IMG/VR virus record: IMGVR_UViG_3300036761_001387
Location: 3,103-67,102 of that record
DNA: 64,000 bases
Source of the DNA: a virus
Reading direction: 5' to 3' (one strand)
Both the position numbers and the translations under genes were made by a program. Below the pieces are notes generated by a model. It worked only from the letters and a program-made list of their open reading frames with translations. It had not been told where the DNA came from and did no database searches. The first letter of the stretch is position 1, and each line of letters begins with the position of its first letter. Positions 29,420 to 37,835 of the stretch are shown here, one piece after another.

Positions 29420-29692
29420 GGGTGCGCTCAGATCTGCTCGAACGTGCGAGGGTCGCGTGTCACGAGGGCGTCGCGGACCTTGATCTCTGGGTGCCGTCGC
29501 CTGAGGGCCCGGGCGGCCTTTCCCGGTGTCGGACCCCACGCCCTGACTACCTCCCTGCCGATGTCACGGATCGCCCTGTAGAGCCTCCGGGGCTCTGGCT
29601 CATGGCTCTTCATGGGAGCCTCCCTTCATTCATGGCGTGATCGCAGCCGCTCGCGGCCGGATGGATGGCGTGGGCGAGCGTATGAGGTGTTC

Positions 29693-29998
29693 TCATGGTG
29701 TACCTCTCTTTCTTGCTTCACGGTGAGCCCACGCAACCAGCTTGCGCGAGCACATCGTGCATTCGACATTGGCCTTGAACGTGAGAACGCGCGCCCAGCG
29801 TGACGGCTCACCCGGGCGTATCTCGATCTTCCGAAGGCAAAGCGTGCCGTCTCGGGCGTGCCCGGCGTAGAGGTGGCGCCGCTTCGTTCCCCGCGTGGAC
29901 GTGTACTCCGCGACGCCGACGTACGAATTCCCGACCGGCAGCCCGGCCTTTATCACGTTGATGTAGCCGCGTCCGACCTTGGCACGGTTCCACTTCAC
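29693..29998 (-). CDS. Basic hypothetical early protein
   Basis: GGAGG RBS, GTGA coupling. Confidence 0.55.
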   Translation of the reverse strand: MKWNRAKVGRGYINVIKAGLPVGNSYVGVAEYTSTRGTKRRHLYAGHARDGTLCLRKIEIRPGEPSRWARVLTFKANVECTMCSRKLVAWAHREARKRGTP

Positions 29999-30392
29999 GG
30001 GACCATCCTCCCGGCGACGTACAGGATCTGCGCGAGCTGCTCGGGGCTCGGGACGCGCGGATAGACCCGCCGCCTCGGACCCGCCTTGCAGACCCGCCAG
30101 TGCGTGCCGTGCTTGCCGTGGGCCCGCGCCCGCGAGACGAACGCGACGAGAGCCCGCCCGTGCAGGACCGCGTCGCGCTCCTCGAGAGTGAGCCCGCAGA
30201 CGTACTGGTGCATCCCGCCACTGTGGTACGCAGTGGGGCTGATGACGATGTTCACTTTGGCCCTCCCTTCTCTGCGAGCGCCTTCTCCTGACGCGCGATC
30301 TTCTGGCGCCAGATCTCTTCGCGATCCCGCGCTCTCTTCCAGAGCCGCCACGTCCGCTTCAGGTCGGCCTCGGCCCGTGCGTGCAGCTTCCC

Positions 30393-30737
30393 TCAGATCA
30401 GATTGAGCGCGAGCAGCCAGCTCGGCGCCCCGTGTTGACAGATACCGTCCGGCTCGATCCTGCAGCCGTCAACGGCCTTCGCGACAGAGTCGAACGACCA
30501 GCGGTTCAGGGCCCGCTTCCCGGGCAGCCCGTACACCGTGAACGGCGCGGGGATCCTCGTCCAGCCCTTCGCCTCGCGCCCGGCGAGCCACTGCTCGGGC
30601 TCCAGCGGCTTCGTCGCGAACGCGTTGTAGTGGGCGCGCTCGCCCTCGCCCAGACCCGGCGACATCGCGAGAACGACGCGGTGAGCGGACGAGAAGAGCG
30701 CGATGCGCCCCCCCTTGGTGCAGGCGACGGTTGCCAT
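30393..30737 (-). CDS. Phage early protein with DGCxxEPDGxCxHGxPSW motif
   Basis: Metal-binding-like C-terminal motif; ATG 16 nt after ribozyme-like copy C. Confidence 0.75.
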   Translation of the reverse strand: MATVACTKGGRIALFSSAHRVVLAMSPGLGEGERAHYNAFATKPLEPEQWLAGREAKGWTRIPAPFTVYGLPGKRALNRWSFDSVAKAVDGCRIEPDGICQHGAPSWLLALNLI

Positions 30738-30753
30738 GGTGTACTCGCTTTCC

Positions 30754-30813
30754 GCCCGGAGTTGAGACCGGGCACTCGCTTTAACGGGCCCACGAGGCCC
30801 CGCGCTCTCTGCA
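30754..30813 (-). ncRNA. Twister-like ribozyme, copy C (degenerate)
   Basis: UGCA GA GAG CGCG GGGCC UCGUG GGCCC GU UAA AGC GAG U GCCCG G U CUC AA CUC CGGGC; A-A mismatch in P2. Confidence 0.6.
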
Positions 30814-31086
30814 TTACAGGGGGCCCTTGATTCCGACGGCCGTGCAGGCCGCGCGGAAGGCGAGACGGGATTCGGAGATGATGTAACGGCGGTTAGGCTC
30901 GTCAACAGGGTTAGCGCGGCGGATCGCGTCATCCTCCATGTAGCGGATCGCCCGCACGGCGGAGAGGCCGTGGGAGCGGGCGTCCTGTACGCAACGGCGG
31001 TTCACCCCGTATGGCAGCAAGAATGGGCGAAAGGATTCCCGCCTCGCCACCCGATGGAGTCTCTTGAGACTTTCGGCTTTGGTCAT
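30814..31086 (-). CDS. Hypothetical protein (MTKAESL...GIKGPL)
   Basis: GGGAG RBS, ATG 31086. Confidence 0.6.
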   Translation of the reverse strand: MTKAESLKRLHRVARRESFRPFLLPYGVNRRCVQDARSHGLSAVRAIRYMEDDAIRRANPVDEPNRRYIISESRLAFRAACTAVGIKGPL

Positions 31087-31212
31087 AACGCTCCCTCGAT
31101 TCCCACAGCGCGGAGAGCGCAGCGGAATGCGGCGGTCCCTTGCGTCCACTCTGTCGGAATGGGTTTCCTTCGCCCATTCTGAGAGCTTGCGGAGACTGTC
31201 GGCTTTGGTCAT
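31083..31212 (-). pseudogene. Internally deleted/frameshifted paralog of 30814..31086
   Basis: MTKADSLRKL in frame 0; AFRCALRAVGIEGAL-stop in +1 frame matches AFRAACTAVGIKGPL-stop. Confidence 0.55.
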
Positions 31213-31565
31213 GGCAGCTCCCTTCATGCGACGAGGAGGCCGTCGAGGATCGCGCCCTCGACGATCGCGCCGATGTACCGATGTTCGACCGGTTTCTTCG
31301 GTGCAGCCCTTCGGGCACGGATCCCAGACGCTGGGCGTGCCCGGCCCAGCCTCCTGCTTCTGCTTGGCCCGCTCCACGTTCAGGACGTGGCCGCTGTCCA
31401 TGCAGACCGGGCAGGTGTACCGCGATGACTTGCAGGCGATGCACTGGAAGCCCTCGGCCTTGATCCGGTGGCCGGTCTGCAGTACGCGGAAGTCTTCGCC
31501 GCACTTTTCGCACTTGACGATCTTCGCGAAGGTGCGCTGCTGGGGGCGCTCGGGATTCTCGTCGC

Positions 31566-32015
31566 TCACAGCCGCACCATCTTCAGCGTGATCGACTGCC
31601 ACGCGTAGCAGACGATGATGCCGCCCGTGGCGAGCTTGTAGCCGGGGGCTCCGAGGGCGTAGGAGTATTCCCCATCCTTCATGGTCAGGGTGGCCGAGCC
31701 TTGGGGCAGCGCCACGCGCACGCTGGCGCTCGTATGGACTTCCCGCAGATCAAGCCCCGCGTTCGGGACTCGCGTCCCGGTGGCCGAGTCCTCCACGTAG
31801 AACGTCATCAGCCTCTCGGACTTCGCGTCCGGGGCGCCGACGGTTGGCGTGGGCGTGGGCGTGGGCGTCAGCCACGGCAGCGTGGGCTGGGGGGCTGGCG
31901 TCGCCGTGCGGACGGGGAAGGGCGTGGGTGTCGGGTAGACGGGCGCGACGGGGTCGTTCGCCTTGCCGCATCCGCAGAGGATCAGGGCGAGGACGAGGGG
32001 TGCGGAGTGGTTCAT
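31566..32015 (-). CDS. Lipoprotein with PT linker and beta-sandwich domain
   Basis: LILCGC lipobox, PTPTPTPT, FYVEDSATGTRVPNA...APGY. Confidence 0.75.
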   Translation of the reverse strand: MNHSAPLVLALILCGCGKANDPVAPVYPTPTPFPVRTATPAPQPTLPWLTPTPTPTPTVGAPDAKSERLMTFYVEDSATGTRVPNAGLDLREVHTSASVRVALPQGSATLTMKDGEYSYALGAPGYKLATGGIIVCYAWQSITLKMVRL

Positions 32016-32359
32016 GCTTCCCTCCATTCTTCCAGTGGGACGACGCGTCCCGGTTTGAAGATGATGGCTTCCTGCGTGAAGTAGTCGAACTCGTGCCAGC
32101 TCTGGGGGCCGGCCTTGTCGAGGGCGTCGCGCAGCTTGCGGCCCGATGCGTCGGTCAGCATGATGCGGCGCGCCGGTTCGGACTGCGCCTGCCACGAGGG
32201 CTTTCCCGTGCGCGTCCCGTCGGCGTTGTGCGCCGGCGTCGTCCACGACTTGCCCGGGTCGCAGAGGTCGGCGCTATCCCAGACGAGGATGCCACCGCGC
32301 TCCTCCAGCCATTGCGAAATGAGTGGCGCGTTCTCTTCGGAGATTCGGTGTTTCTTCAC
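32012..32359 (-). CDS. Hypothetical early protein
   Basis: GGAGG RBS, GTGA coupling. Confidence 0.7.
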   Translation of the reverse strand: MKKHRISEENAPLISQWLEERGGILVWDSADLCDPGKSWTTPAHNADGTRTGKPSWQAQSEPARRIMLTDASGRKLRDALDKAGPQSWHEFDYFTQEAIIFKPGRVVPLEEWREA

Positions 32360-32601
32360 GGCTGCACCTCCTCGTCGTCCGGATACCGCAGGATGTCGCC
32401 CGTACGCGACAGGAAGCCGTCGAGGATCAACGCTCGCGCCGCGCGCCCGTAGCTGCCCTGCAGCGTCCACGCCATGCCGTTCTTCACGAGCAGCGAGAAC
32501 AGGCGGACCGTCTGCGGCCCGTCCAGTTCGCCCTGTTCGTACGCGATGATCTCGTCGGTCAGATCGATCGACCCGTGGCCGTACTTCGCGCGTTCTTCCA
32601 T
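32356..32601 (-). CDS. Small phage early protein (AYEQGEL...AWTLQGSYGR family)
   Basis: Motif recognised from phage early genes; ATG 15 nt after ribozyme-like copy B. Confidence 0.75.
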   Translation of the reverse strand: MEERAKYGHGSIDLTDEIIAYEQGELDGPQTVRLFSLLVKNGMAWTLQGSYGRAARALILDGFLSRTGDILRYPDDEEVQP

Positions 32602-32616
32602 GGTGACCTTCTTTCC

Positions 32617-32677
32617 GCCCCGTGCTTGAGATTCGGGGCTGCGGGTTTAACGCGGGCCGAAGCCCGCGCCTCTCACC
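32617..32677 (-). ncRNA. Twister-like ribozyme, copy B
   Basis: GGU GA GAG GCGCGGGC UUCG GCCCGCGU UAA ACC CGC A GCCCCG AA U CUC AA GCA CGGGGC. Confidence 0.75.
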
Positions 32678-33098
32678 TCTTGCTCTTGCTCGCGCGCTTC
32701 TTCCACGCGGCGACCACGATCTGAAATTGCCCGGCCTCCACGACGCTCCAGCCCACGCCCGGGTTCACCGACGCGAGGTCGACGAACTCCGCGAAGGTGA
32801 GAGCGCCCTCGCCCTCCTCGCCGAATCCGGACGCATCGACGAAGACGTACGACGGGTCGCAGAGCAGGCCGTCCAGCCTGTACTGCGAGACCTTGCGGCT
32901 CGGGTAGAGGTGCTTCCTCGGGATCAGCGACCAGCCCACGGGCTTGTAGTCGCCGAGAAACGGGATCTGGCGCAGCGTCTCGTCCGCCGTGCCGTTGAGA
33001 AAGTCCTCGCGCTCCACGGCGACGGGCTGCTTCTTGGCGCGCGCCGCCTTCACGGTCGCCTGCCGGCTGAGTTCGTTGATCTGGCTGAGTGACATCAT
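32673..33098 (-). CDS. Hypothetical early protein
   Basis: AGGAG RBS; FVDASGFG...GALT...IVV pattern. Confidence 0.7.
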   Translation of the reverse strand: MMSLSQINELSRQATVKAARAKKQPVAVEREDFLNGTADETLRQIPFLGDYKPVGWSLIPRKHLYPSRKVSQYRLDGLLCDPSYVFVDASGFGEEGEGALTFAEFVDLASVNPGVGWSVVEAGQFQIVVAAWKKRASKSKR

Positions 33099-33340
33099 GG
33101 CGTGCTCCTCTTCATTTCCTCGGTTACTTCGTCGCAAATGGCAAGGTCCGCGTCCGCCCATCCGGGGATCTCAACCGAGAGCCGCGCAAAGAGCGCCGAC
33201 TGGACGCGCACAACGTCGCCGAGGGTCGTTGCTCCTATGTGGGCCACGGCCTCGCGGTAGGGTGCGCTCCCGTCCATCCGCGAGAGGGTGGTGTAGAGGG
33301 TACTGGCGGTGGGGAGGGTGAGAGTCGTGATGTCGTACAT
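33095..33340 (-). CDS. Hypothetical early protein
   Basis: AAGGAG RBS before ATG 33340. Confidence 0.65.
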   Translation of the reverse strand: MYDITTLTLPTASTLYTTLSRMDGSAPYREAVAHIGATTLGDVVRVQSALFARLSVEIPGWADADLAICDEVTEEMKRSTP

Positions 33341-33357
33341 GCTGTACTCCTTTAGTC

Positions 33358-33585
33358 CTACGAGGACGCGACCCATTGCCGGGCCTGCTCGGTGAGAGGG
33401 TGGAGCAGGTAAATCGTGCCGCCACCCGTGACCTCGAAATCGGCTCCCGGCGCCACGATGACGGGCTTGACCTTCCGCGCCTTCGGGCGCGACTTGGCGT
33501 ATCCGAGACTCACGTCGGGACTGCAGCCGCGATGCGCCAGCTCCGGGTGTTCGTTGAGAGCGATGAGCGTTCTGAGATCATGCAT
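33358..33585 (-). CDS. First gene of the early operon, hypothetical
   Basis: AGGAGG RBS. Confidence 0.7.
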   Translation of the reverse strand: MHDLRTLIALNEHPELAHRGCSPDVSLGYAKSRPKARKVKPVIVAPGADFEVTGGGTIYLLHPLTEQARQWVASS

Positions 33586-33637
33586 GGTGTCCTCCTATTT
33601 CGTTTTGGAGCGTTCGAAGGCCGCGCGTTACCGGAGT

Positions 33638-33706
33638 GCCGGGGGCTTGAGACCCGGCCGCCGCATTAACAGGGCGCCGGATCTCTCCGCCGCCCCGCCC
33701 CTCTGC
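33638..33706 (-). ncRNA. Twister-like ribozyme, copy A
   Basis: GCA GA GGG GCGGGGCG G CGGA GAGA UCCG G CGCCCUGU UAA UGC GGC G GCCGGG U CUC AA GCC CCCGGC. Confidence 0.8.
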
Positions 33707-33789
33707 TGAACCGCCCTTCCTTGGGTCGGCTGGGGTGCTGGTTGTCAAAGAGCCCCGGTGCGGGGGCCACCTTCATCGTGGCAAGTGCA

Positions 33790-33818
33790 AAGGTAGTCCT
33801 TCGTCGGACCCCTGTCAA
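33790..33818 (-). promoter_or_regulatory. sigma70 early promoter TTGACA-N17-TACCTT
   Basis: Consensus -35 with 17-bp spacer, upstream of the early operon. Confidence 0.8.
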
Positions 33819-34686
33819 GGGGCGAAAGCGAGATACCGTACGAATGATGCATCTGCATGGGGCCGTCGAGCTAAGCGTCTGCAGCCCTCAAGAGCGCGCC
33901 CAGACCTATAGCGTTGAGGCACCTTCTGTCAGATTTACGAAGAATCAGTAACTTGGGTCTGAATTGTGTAGATAAATCGACAGTCTGAGGTGCGGAAAGA
34001 TCGACACATCGACGTCCGCAAAAACGCCCTTTGACCCCAGAATCGACCCTGAAACCGGCTCGGCGGGCGCGCGGTTTTCAACAGCCGTCAAGGTGTCGTC
34101 AGCCGGCTCCGCTCGGCCCGGGGCGGGCTCGTCGAGGGGCTCGGCTTGCACCTCACGGGTACATACCGGACGCGTAATTTCGCCTGTGGAATCGCCAGAT
34201 GGTGATGGTCTGTCAAGTCGCCCGAGGCGTAAGTGCCGGAGCCTTTAGAATCAACGGCTTCCGCGCTGCGTTAGCACGGTTCGGGCATGGCGCTGCGGCC
34301 GATACCGTGTATTATGTCAAAGCTTTTTCGTCGATTGGCGGGGCTTTCGGGCCGCTTTCGTCCGACGCGTGCGTACTCGGACGCTGGGCGCAAGTCGCCC
34401 TGCGGGTGTCGGGTCGCCTCGATCGGGGGTGCTGCCGGCGCGCCACGCGGCGAGCGCTTCGAGGCCGGGCAGCCCGGGCGCCGCCTCGTGGACGGACCGC
34501 GCGCCCTCGTCCCGGGCAGGACCCCCCGGGGGGAGGGGGTATGCCCTCGGGATCCGGGTCCCATCTTTCCGGGTCCCATCCGGCCCTCTCGCCACGCTAA
34601 ACCCCAAAGGACGGGTATATACCATTGTCCTCGCAAAGTCTATGCAGAAGAGCACGTTACGGTGGGTGAAGCAGAACCAACCGGTT

Positions 34687-35034
34687 TCATCGTGGTCGTG
34701 GGGGACGGGCTGGGGGTCGTCCGCGGGGCGAATCACGGCGGTCCGGCCCTACCCACGGCTTTCGGGAGATCCGGTGCTCTGAGGGGGGGGTTTCTGGGGG
34801 GTCTACGGGCAAGGCGGCCCCTTCTGGCTTCGAGCGGTAGGGCATCAGCGGGTACAGCGGGCAGACCGGGACGCGGCAGTCGACCTTGCCGTCTGCGTAG
34901 CCGCCGCAGCACTCGGCGCATTTTGCGACGATGGCTTGGCGCTGTGTGAGGCGTTTCCCGGCGAGGTAGCGCGAGTAGAAGTTCTTGCCCTGAGAGAGTT
35001 TCCAGTCTTTCGTGCGGTCGAGGATTTTGATCAT
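34687..35034 (-). CDS. Zinc-binding protein (AIxAKCxECCGG...CPLYP family)
   Basis: Cys motif; ATGA coupling to the replication gene. Confidence 0.75.
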   Translation of the reverse strand: MIKILDRTKDWKLSQGKNFYSRYLAGKRLTQRQAIVAKCAECCGGYADGKVDCRVPVCPLYPLMPYRSKPEGAALPVDPPETPPSEHRISRKPWVGPDRRDSPRGRPPARPPRPR

Positions 35035-36374
35035 TCCGGGGGTCCTTCGGTGGCCTGCTGGGCGGCAGCGAGTTCATCGCGGAGGAGGCCGAGTCTGAGG
35101 GAGACGCGGGCTTTTATGGCGGTATTCCCTTCATTTTCAGCATCTTGGAGCACGCCTTCGAGCTTTTCGATGAGGAGTTCGATCTGGCGCGGGGCAGAGG
35201 CGGCGGAGGAGGCGGGTTCTGCGCTGGGAGGCTCTGTGGGGCCCGAACTCGGTTCGTGGGGCCCGGGGGCGTCTTCGGGGTCGATCGTGGCTCCTGAGGG
35301 CGCCGGGGCCTCGGGGAGGGTGATTCCGGAGGCTTTCCGCATCTCGGCGTAGACCTCCTCGTTGAGGGCTTGGTTTTTGGGGTCGGCGCCCTTGTCGGTT
35401 CGGTCTGGGCGGGCTCCGTCTTCGGCGTACCACTGCTTTCCGCCCCTGACTGGGGAGAAGAACTTGCCATCGAACTTGCAGTTACCACTCTCCTGAAAGA
35501 ACTTAACCAGATGTTTCCTTGGGGGTTTTCTCTCAGTCGGGAGCTGGATCTTCGGAGCCGGCGTGGTCGAGGTTCGTTCAAAGGCGCCGTCGTTCTTGCG
35601 CCAAGTCACCATGGCGGCTCGCCACGAGGTCATCAGGACGCCGCCCTTGAGCTTCCAGCCGCGGGTCTCGTGGTGGGCGTGGAAGTGCTCGGCGTCGAAT
35701 CCGAACCAGCCGAGGCCTTGGGCGTGAGCCGCGACCTCGTCGATCGTGGGGGGTGTGAACCTCGAAGACCCCCTCGGCTTTTTTTCTGGCGCCCCAACCT
35801 CAGTCGAGAGTTCCACAGGTAACACTACGGGAGAACCTAACTCAACTGAAACCATACCACACTTATGTTTTTTGCTTACATTTTGATTAACATTGCTTTC
35901 GACGCTTACATCTGGCTTACTGGGTAAGGGCTCTGGATTACTCGTGCTTACCTCTGGCTTACTTCCTATAACTCCTTGTTCCTGAGCGGCTTTAACCTTG
36001 GCCCTGTACCTTGCGACTGCCTCGGCGGTCTGCTTTCGACGGTCTTCGGCCCTGAACTGTTTCGAGTAGACGTCCCAGTTCACGATCTCCCAGCCCCTCT
36101 CGGGCTGGTCTGGACGGAGGAGGATGAGCCGGCGACCCATGGCACGGTCTGACCGCGAGAAGGGGTCCGGTTCGAGTAGGACTTTCAGCGCCTCCCGGGT
36201 CTCGTCCTCGGTCATCCCGGCCTGTCGGGCGAGGATGAACAGGGGGACGTCGACCTGTCCGGATCTGGCCTTGTCTGCCATCGAGAGCATGGTGATGAAG
36301 AGCCACCGGACCGGCACGCTCGACGCCATGAGGGACGAGTCCCAGAGATCGTGGAACAGACGCAAGTACATCAT
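35031..36374 (-). CDS. Phage replication initiator (lambda O-like organisation)
   Basis: N-terminal HTH-like region, central iteron stretch, FTPPT...RGW...SWRAAMVTW domain. Confidence 0.75.
   Translation of the reverse strand: MMYLRLFHDLWDSSLMASSVPVRWLFITMLSMADKARSGQVDVPLFILARQAGMTEDETREALKVLLEPDPFSRSDRAMGRRLILLRPDQPERGWEIVNWDVYSKQFRAEDRRKQTAEAVARYRAKVKAAQEQGVIGSKPEVSTSNPEPLPSKPDVSVESNVNQNVSKKHKCGMVSVELGSPVVLPVELSTEVGAPEKKPRGSSRFTPPTIDEVAAHAQGLGWFGFDAEHFHAHHETRGWKLKGGVLMTSWRAAMVTWRKNDGAFERTSTTPAPKIQLPTERKPPRKHLVKFFQESGNCKFDGKFFSPVRGGKQWYAEDGARPDRTDKGADPKNQALNEEVYAEMRKASGITLPEAPAPSGATIDPEDAPGPHEPSSGPTEPPSAEPASSAASAPRQIELLIEKLEGVLQDAENEGNTAIKARVSLRLGLLRDELAAAQQATEGPPE
35820..35975. repeat. Putative replication origin: iterons plus AT-rich tract
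   Basis: TCTGG(C/A)TTACT at 35911, 35932 and 35953 (21-bp period) beside AT-rich 35820-35900. Confidence 0.75.
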
Positions 36375-37171
36375 TCTCCTCCTCTTATCGGCCGTATGTA
36401 GTCCGAAAATTGGCTGCAGCCGTCCCAGAACTCCTCCCAGTCGCGAACGTGGCCCGAGAGCCAGACCAGCGTCTCAACCGGGAGGCCCCCCTCGACGTAC
36501 TTCGTCAGCTCATCCACGAAGTTCACGCCGAACCCGAGCACCCTCTTCGGATCGCCGAAGCGGCGGCGCATGGTCGCCGCGGCGTAGAAGACCTGCTTCA
36601 GCCACGGCTTCTCCCGGACCTGAGGGACCCGGACGGCGTACCGCGGGACCATCCTCCAAAACAGGTCGAAGTCCTTGTCGATGTGGGCGGTTGCGGCCTC
36701 GTCGATGGCTTCGAGTAGGTCCGGGAGCGGGTACTTTCGGACCCACCTTCGGATGTCGCCGCGGCCGATATCGTTGATGCTCTGGCCGGGGATCCACCGG
36801 TTGATGGCCTCGACGACCGCCTCCTCCTCGTCCCGCTTCGCATCGGCCAGCCCCCGGGCCCACTCAGCCATCATCCGGACCTGCTCGCGCTTCGTCGCCC
36901 GGATCTCGATCTCGTTCCGCCGACGCGCGATGGCCGACTCGTCCGAGAGGAGGATGTCGGCCTTCCCGAGGTTGCAACCTGCACACGCGGTGAGCAGATT
37001 CAGGGGGTCGTTCCTGCCAGCTTTCGACCGGGGGGTGATGTGGTCGACGTGGAGGACGACGTCCGGAACCCCCTTCCCGCAGTACTGGCACCTGAACTTG
37101 TCCCTCTTGAAGACCTCGAACTTGGTGCGCTTCGAGACCCGTTTCGGTCCAGCCTCGGCGAGTTCGGCCAT
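36371..37171 (-). CDS. HNH endonuclease domain protein
   Basis: RDKFRCQYCG...LHVDHITP...NLLTACAGCNLGK. Confidence 0.9.
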   Translation of the reverse strand: MAELAEAGPKRVSKRTKFEVFKRDKFRCQYCGKGVPDVVLHVDHITPRSKAGRNDPLNLLTACAGCNLGKADILLSDESAIARRRNEIEIRATKREQVRMMAEWARGLADAKRDEEEAVVEAINRWIPGQSINDIGRGDIRRWVRKYPLPDLLEAIDEAATAHIDKDFDLFWRMVPRYAVRVPQVREKPWLKQVFYAAATMRRRFGDPKRVLGFGVNFVDELTKYVEGGLPVETLVWLSGHVRDWEEFWDGCSQFSDYIRPIRGGE

Positions 37172-37224
37172 GTCTGGGCCCGCCTTTCTTGCTTATCGCG
37201 TCTTACGGTAAGCTACGCCCCCCC

Positions 37225-37253
37225 AAGGTAGTCCCCTCCCTCCCCCCGCGCAA
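37225..37253 (-). promoter_or_regulatory. sigma70-type promoter TTGCGC-N17-TACCTT for the HNH-replication operon
   Basis: Same GGACTACCTT -10 context as the promoter at 33790. Confidence 0.6.
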
Positions 37254-37341
37254 GGTGAAAATTTTACTCTTCTGGGTAGAAGGGCTTACGAGAATTCTTG
37301 ACTTGCGTTCGGAGGTGTGCTTGGGCTACGAATTCGCGCCA

Positions 37342-37809
37342 GTGAGCGAAGCGAGCGTTCCGCCCGAGTCCAGAGACGCCGCGAAGCCGCGGACGAAACG
37401 AGGCCCGCGGGGAGGGAACTCGGTCCAACGCGCGCTCGCGAAGGTAGCAACTCCGACCGTACTTGCAAATCCCGATCAGGAACTCGCGTGGGAGAAGGAC
37501 TTTCTCGGGGCGATGCGAACCGACCCGATCCCGAAGAAGGCTGCGGAGATCGCCGGGATCAACATGAGCCTCGTCTTTCGCTGGCGCAGGGAGAGCGAAC
37601 GGTTCGAGGAGTTGTACCAGAGGTCGAAGGAGGAGGGCGTCGAGAACACTCTCGAGGCCGTCGCGTTCGAGCGTGCGAAGGAGAAGAGCGATCTGCTCAT
37701 GCTCGGTGCGCTGAACGCGTATATGCCCCAGCGTTACAAGCGAGACAACGCGAAGACGACGAGGTTCGCGGGAAACGGAATCGTTCTGGAGATCAGTGAC
37801 GCGAAGTGA
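37342..37809 (+). CDS. terS: Terminase small subunit (start uncertain)
   Basis: HTH AAEIAGINMSLVFRWRR...LEAVAFERA...SDLLML...PQRY; first gene of the late operon. Confidence 0.75.
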   Translation: MSEASVPPESRDAAKPRTKRGPRGGNSVQRALAKVATPTVLANPDQELAWEKDFLGAMRTDPIPKKAAEIAGINMSLVFRWRRESERFEELYQRSKEEGVENTLEAVAFERAKEKSDLLMLGALNAYMPQRYKRDNAKTTRFAGNGIVLEISDAK

Positions 37810-37835
37810 GTCCTGACTTCTGGGGAGATCGGTGA

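Noticed and set aside
30754-33706. Repeated hairpin elements as terminators, nut/put sites or pistol ribozymes
   Set aside because: No U-tracts. The P1 loops (UUCG, GAGA) cannot form the pistol pseudoknot. Covarying P2/T1/T2 pairings fit twister better, though antitermination is not formally excluded.
34188-34320. Additional TTGACA promoters at 34216 and 34320 (minus strand)
   Set aside because: No acceptable -10 hexamer at 16-18 bp spacing.
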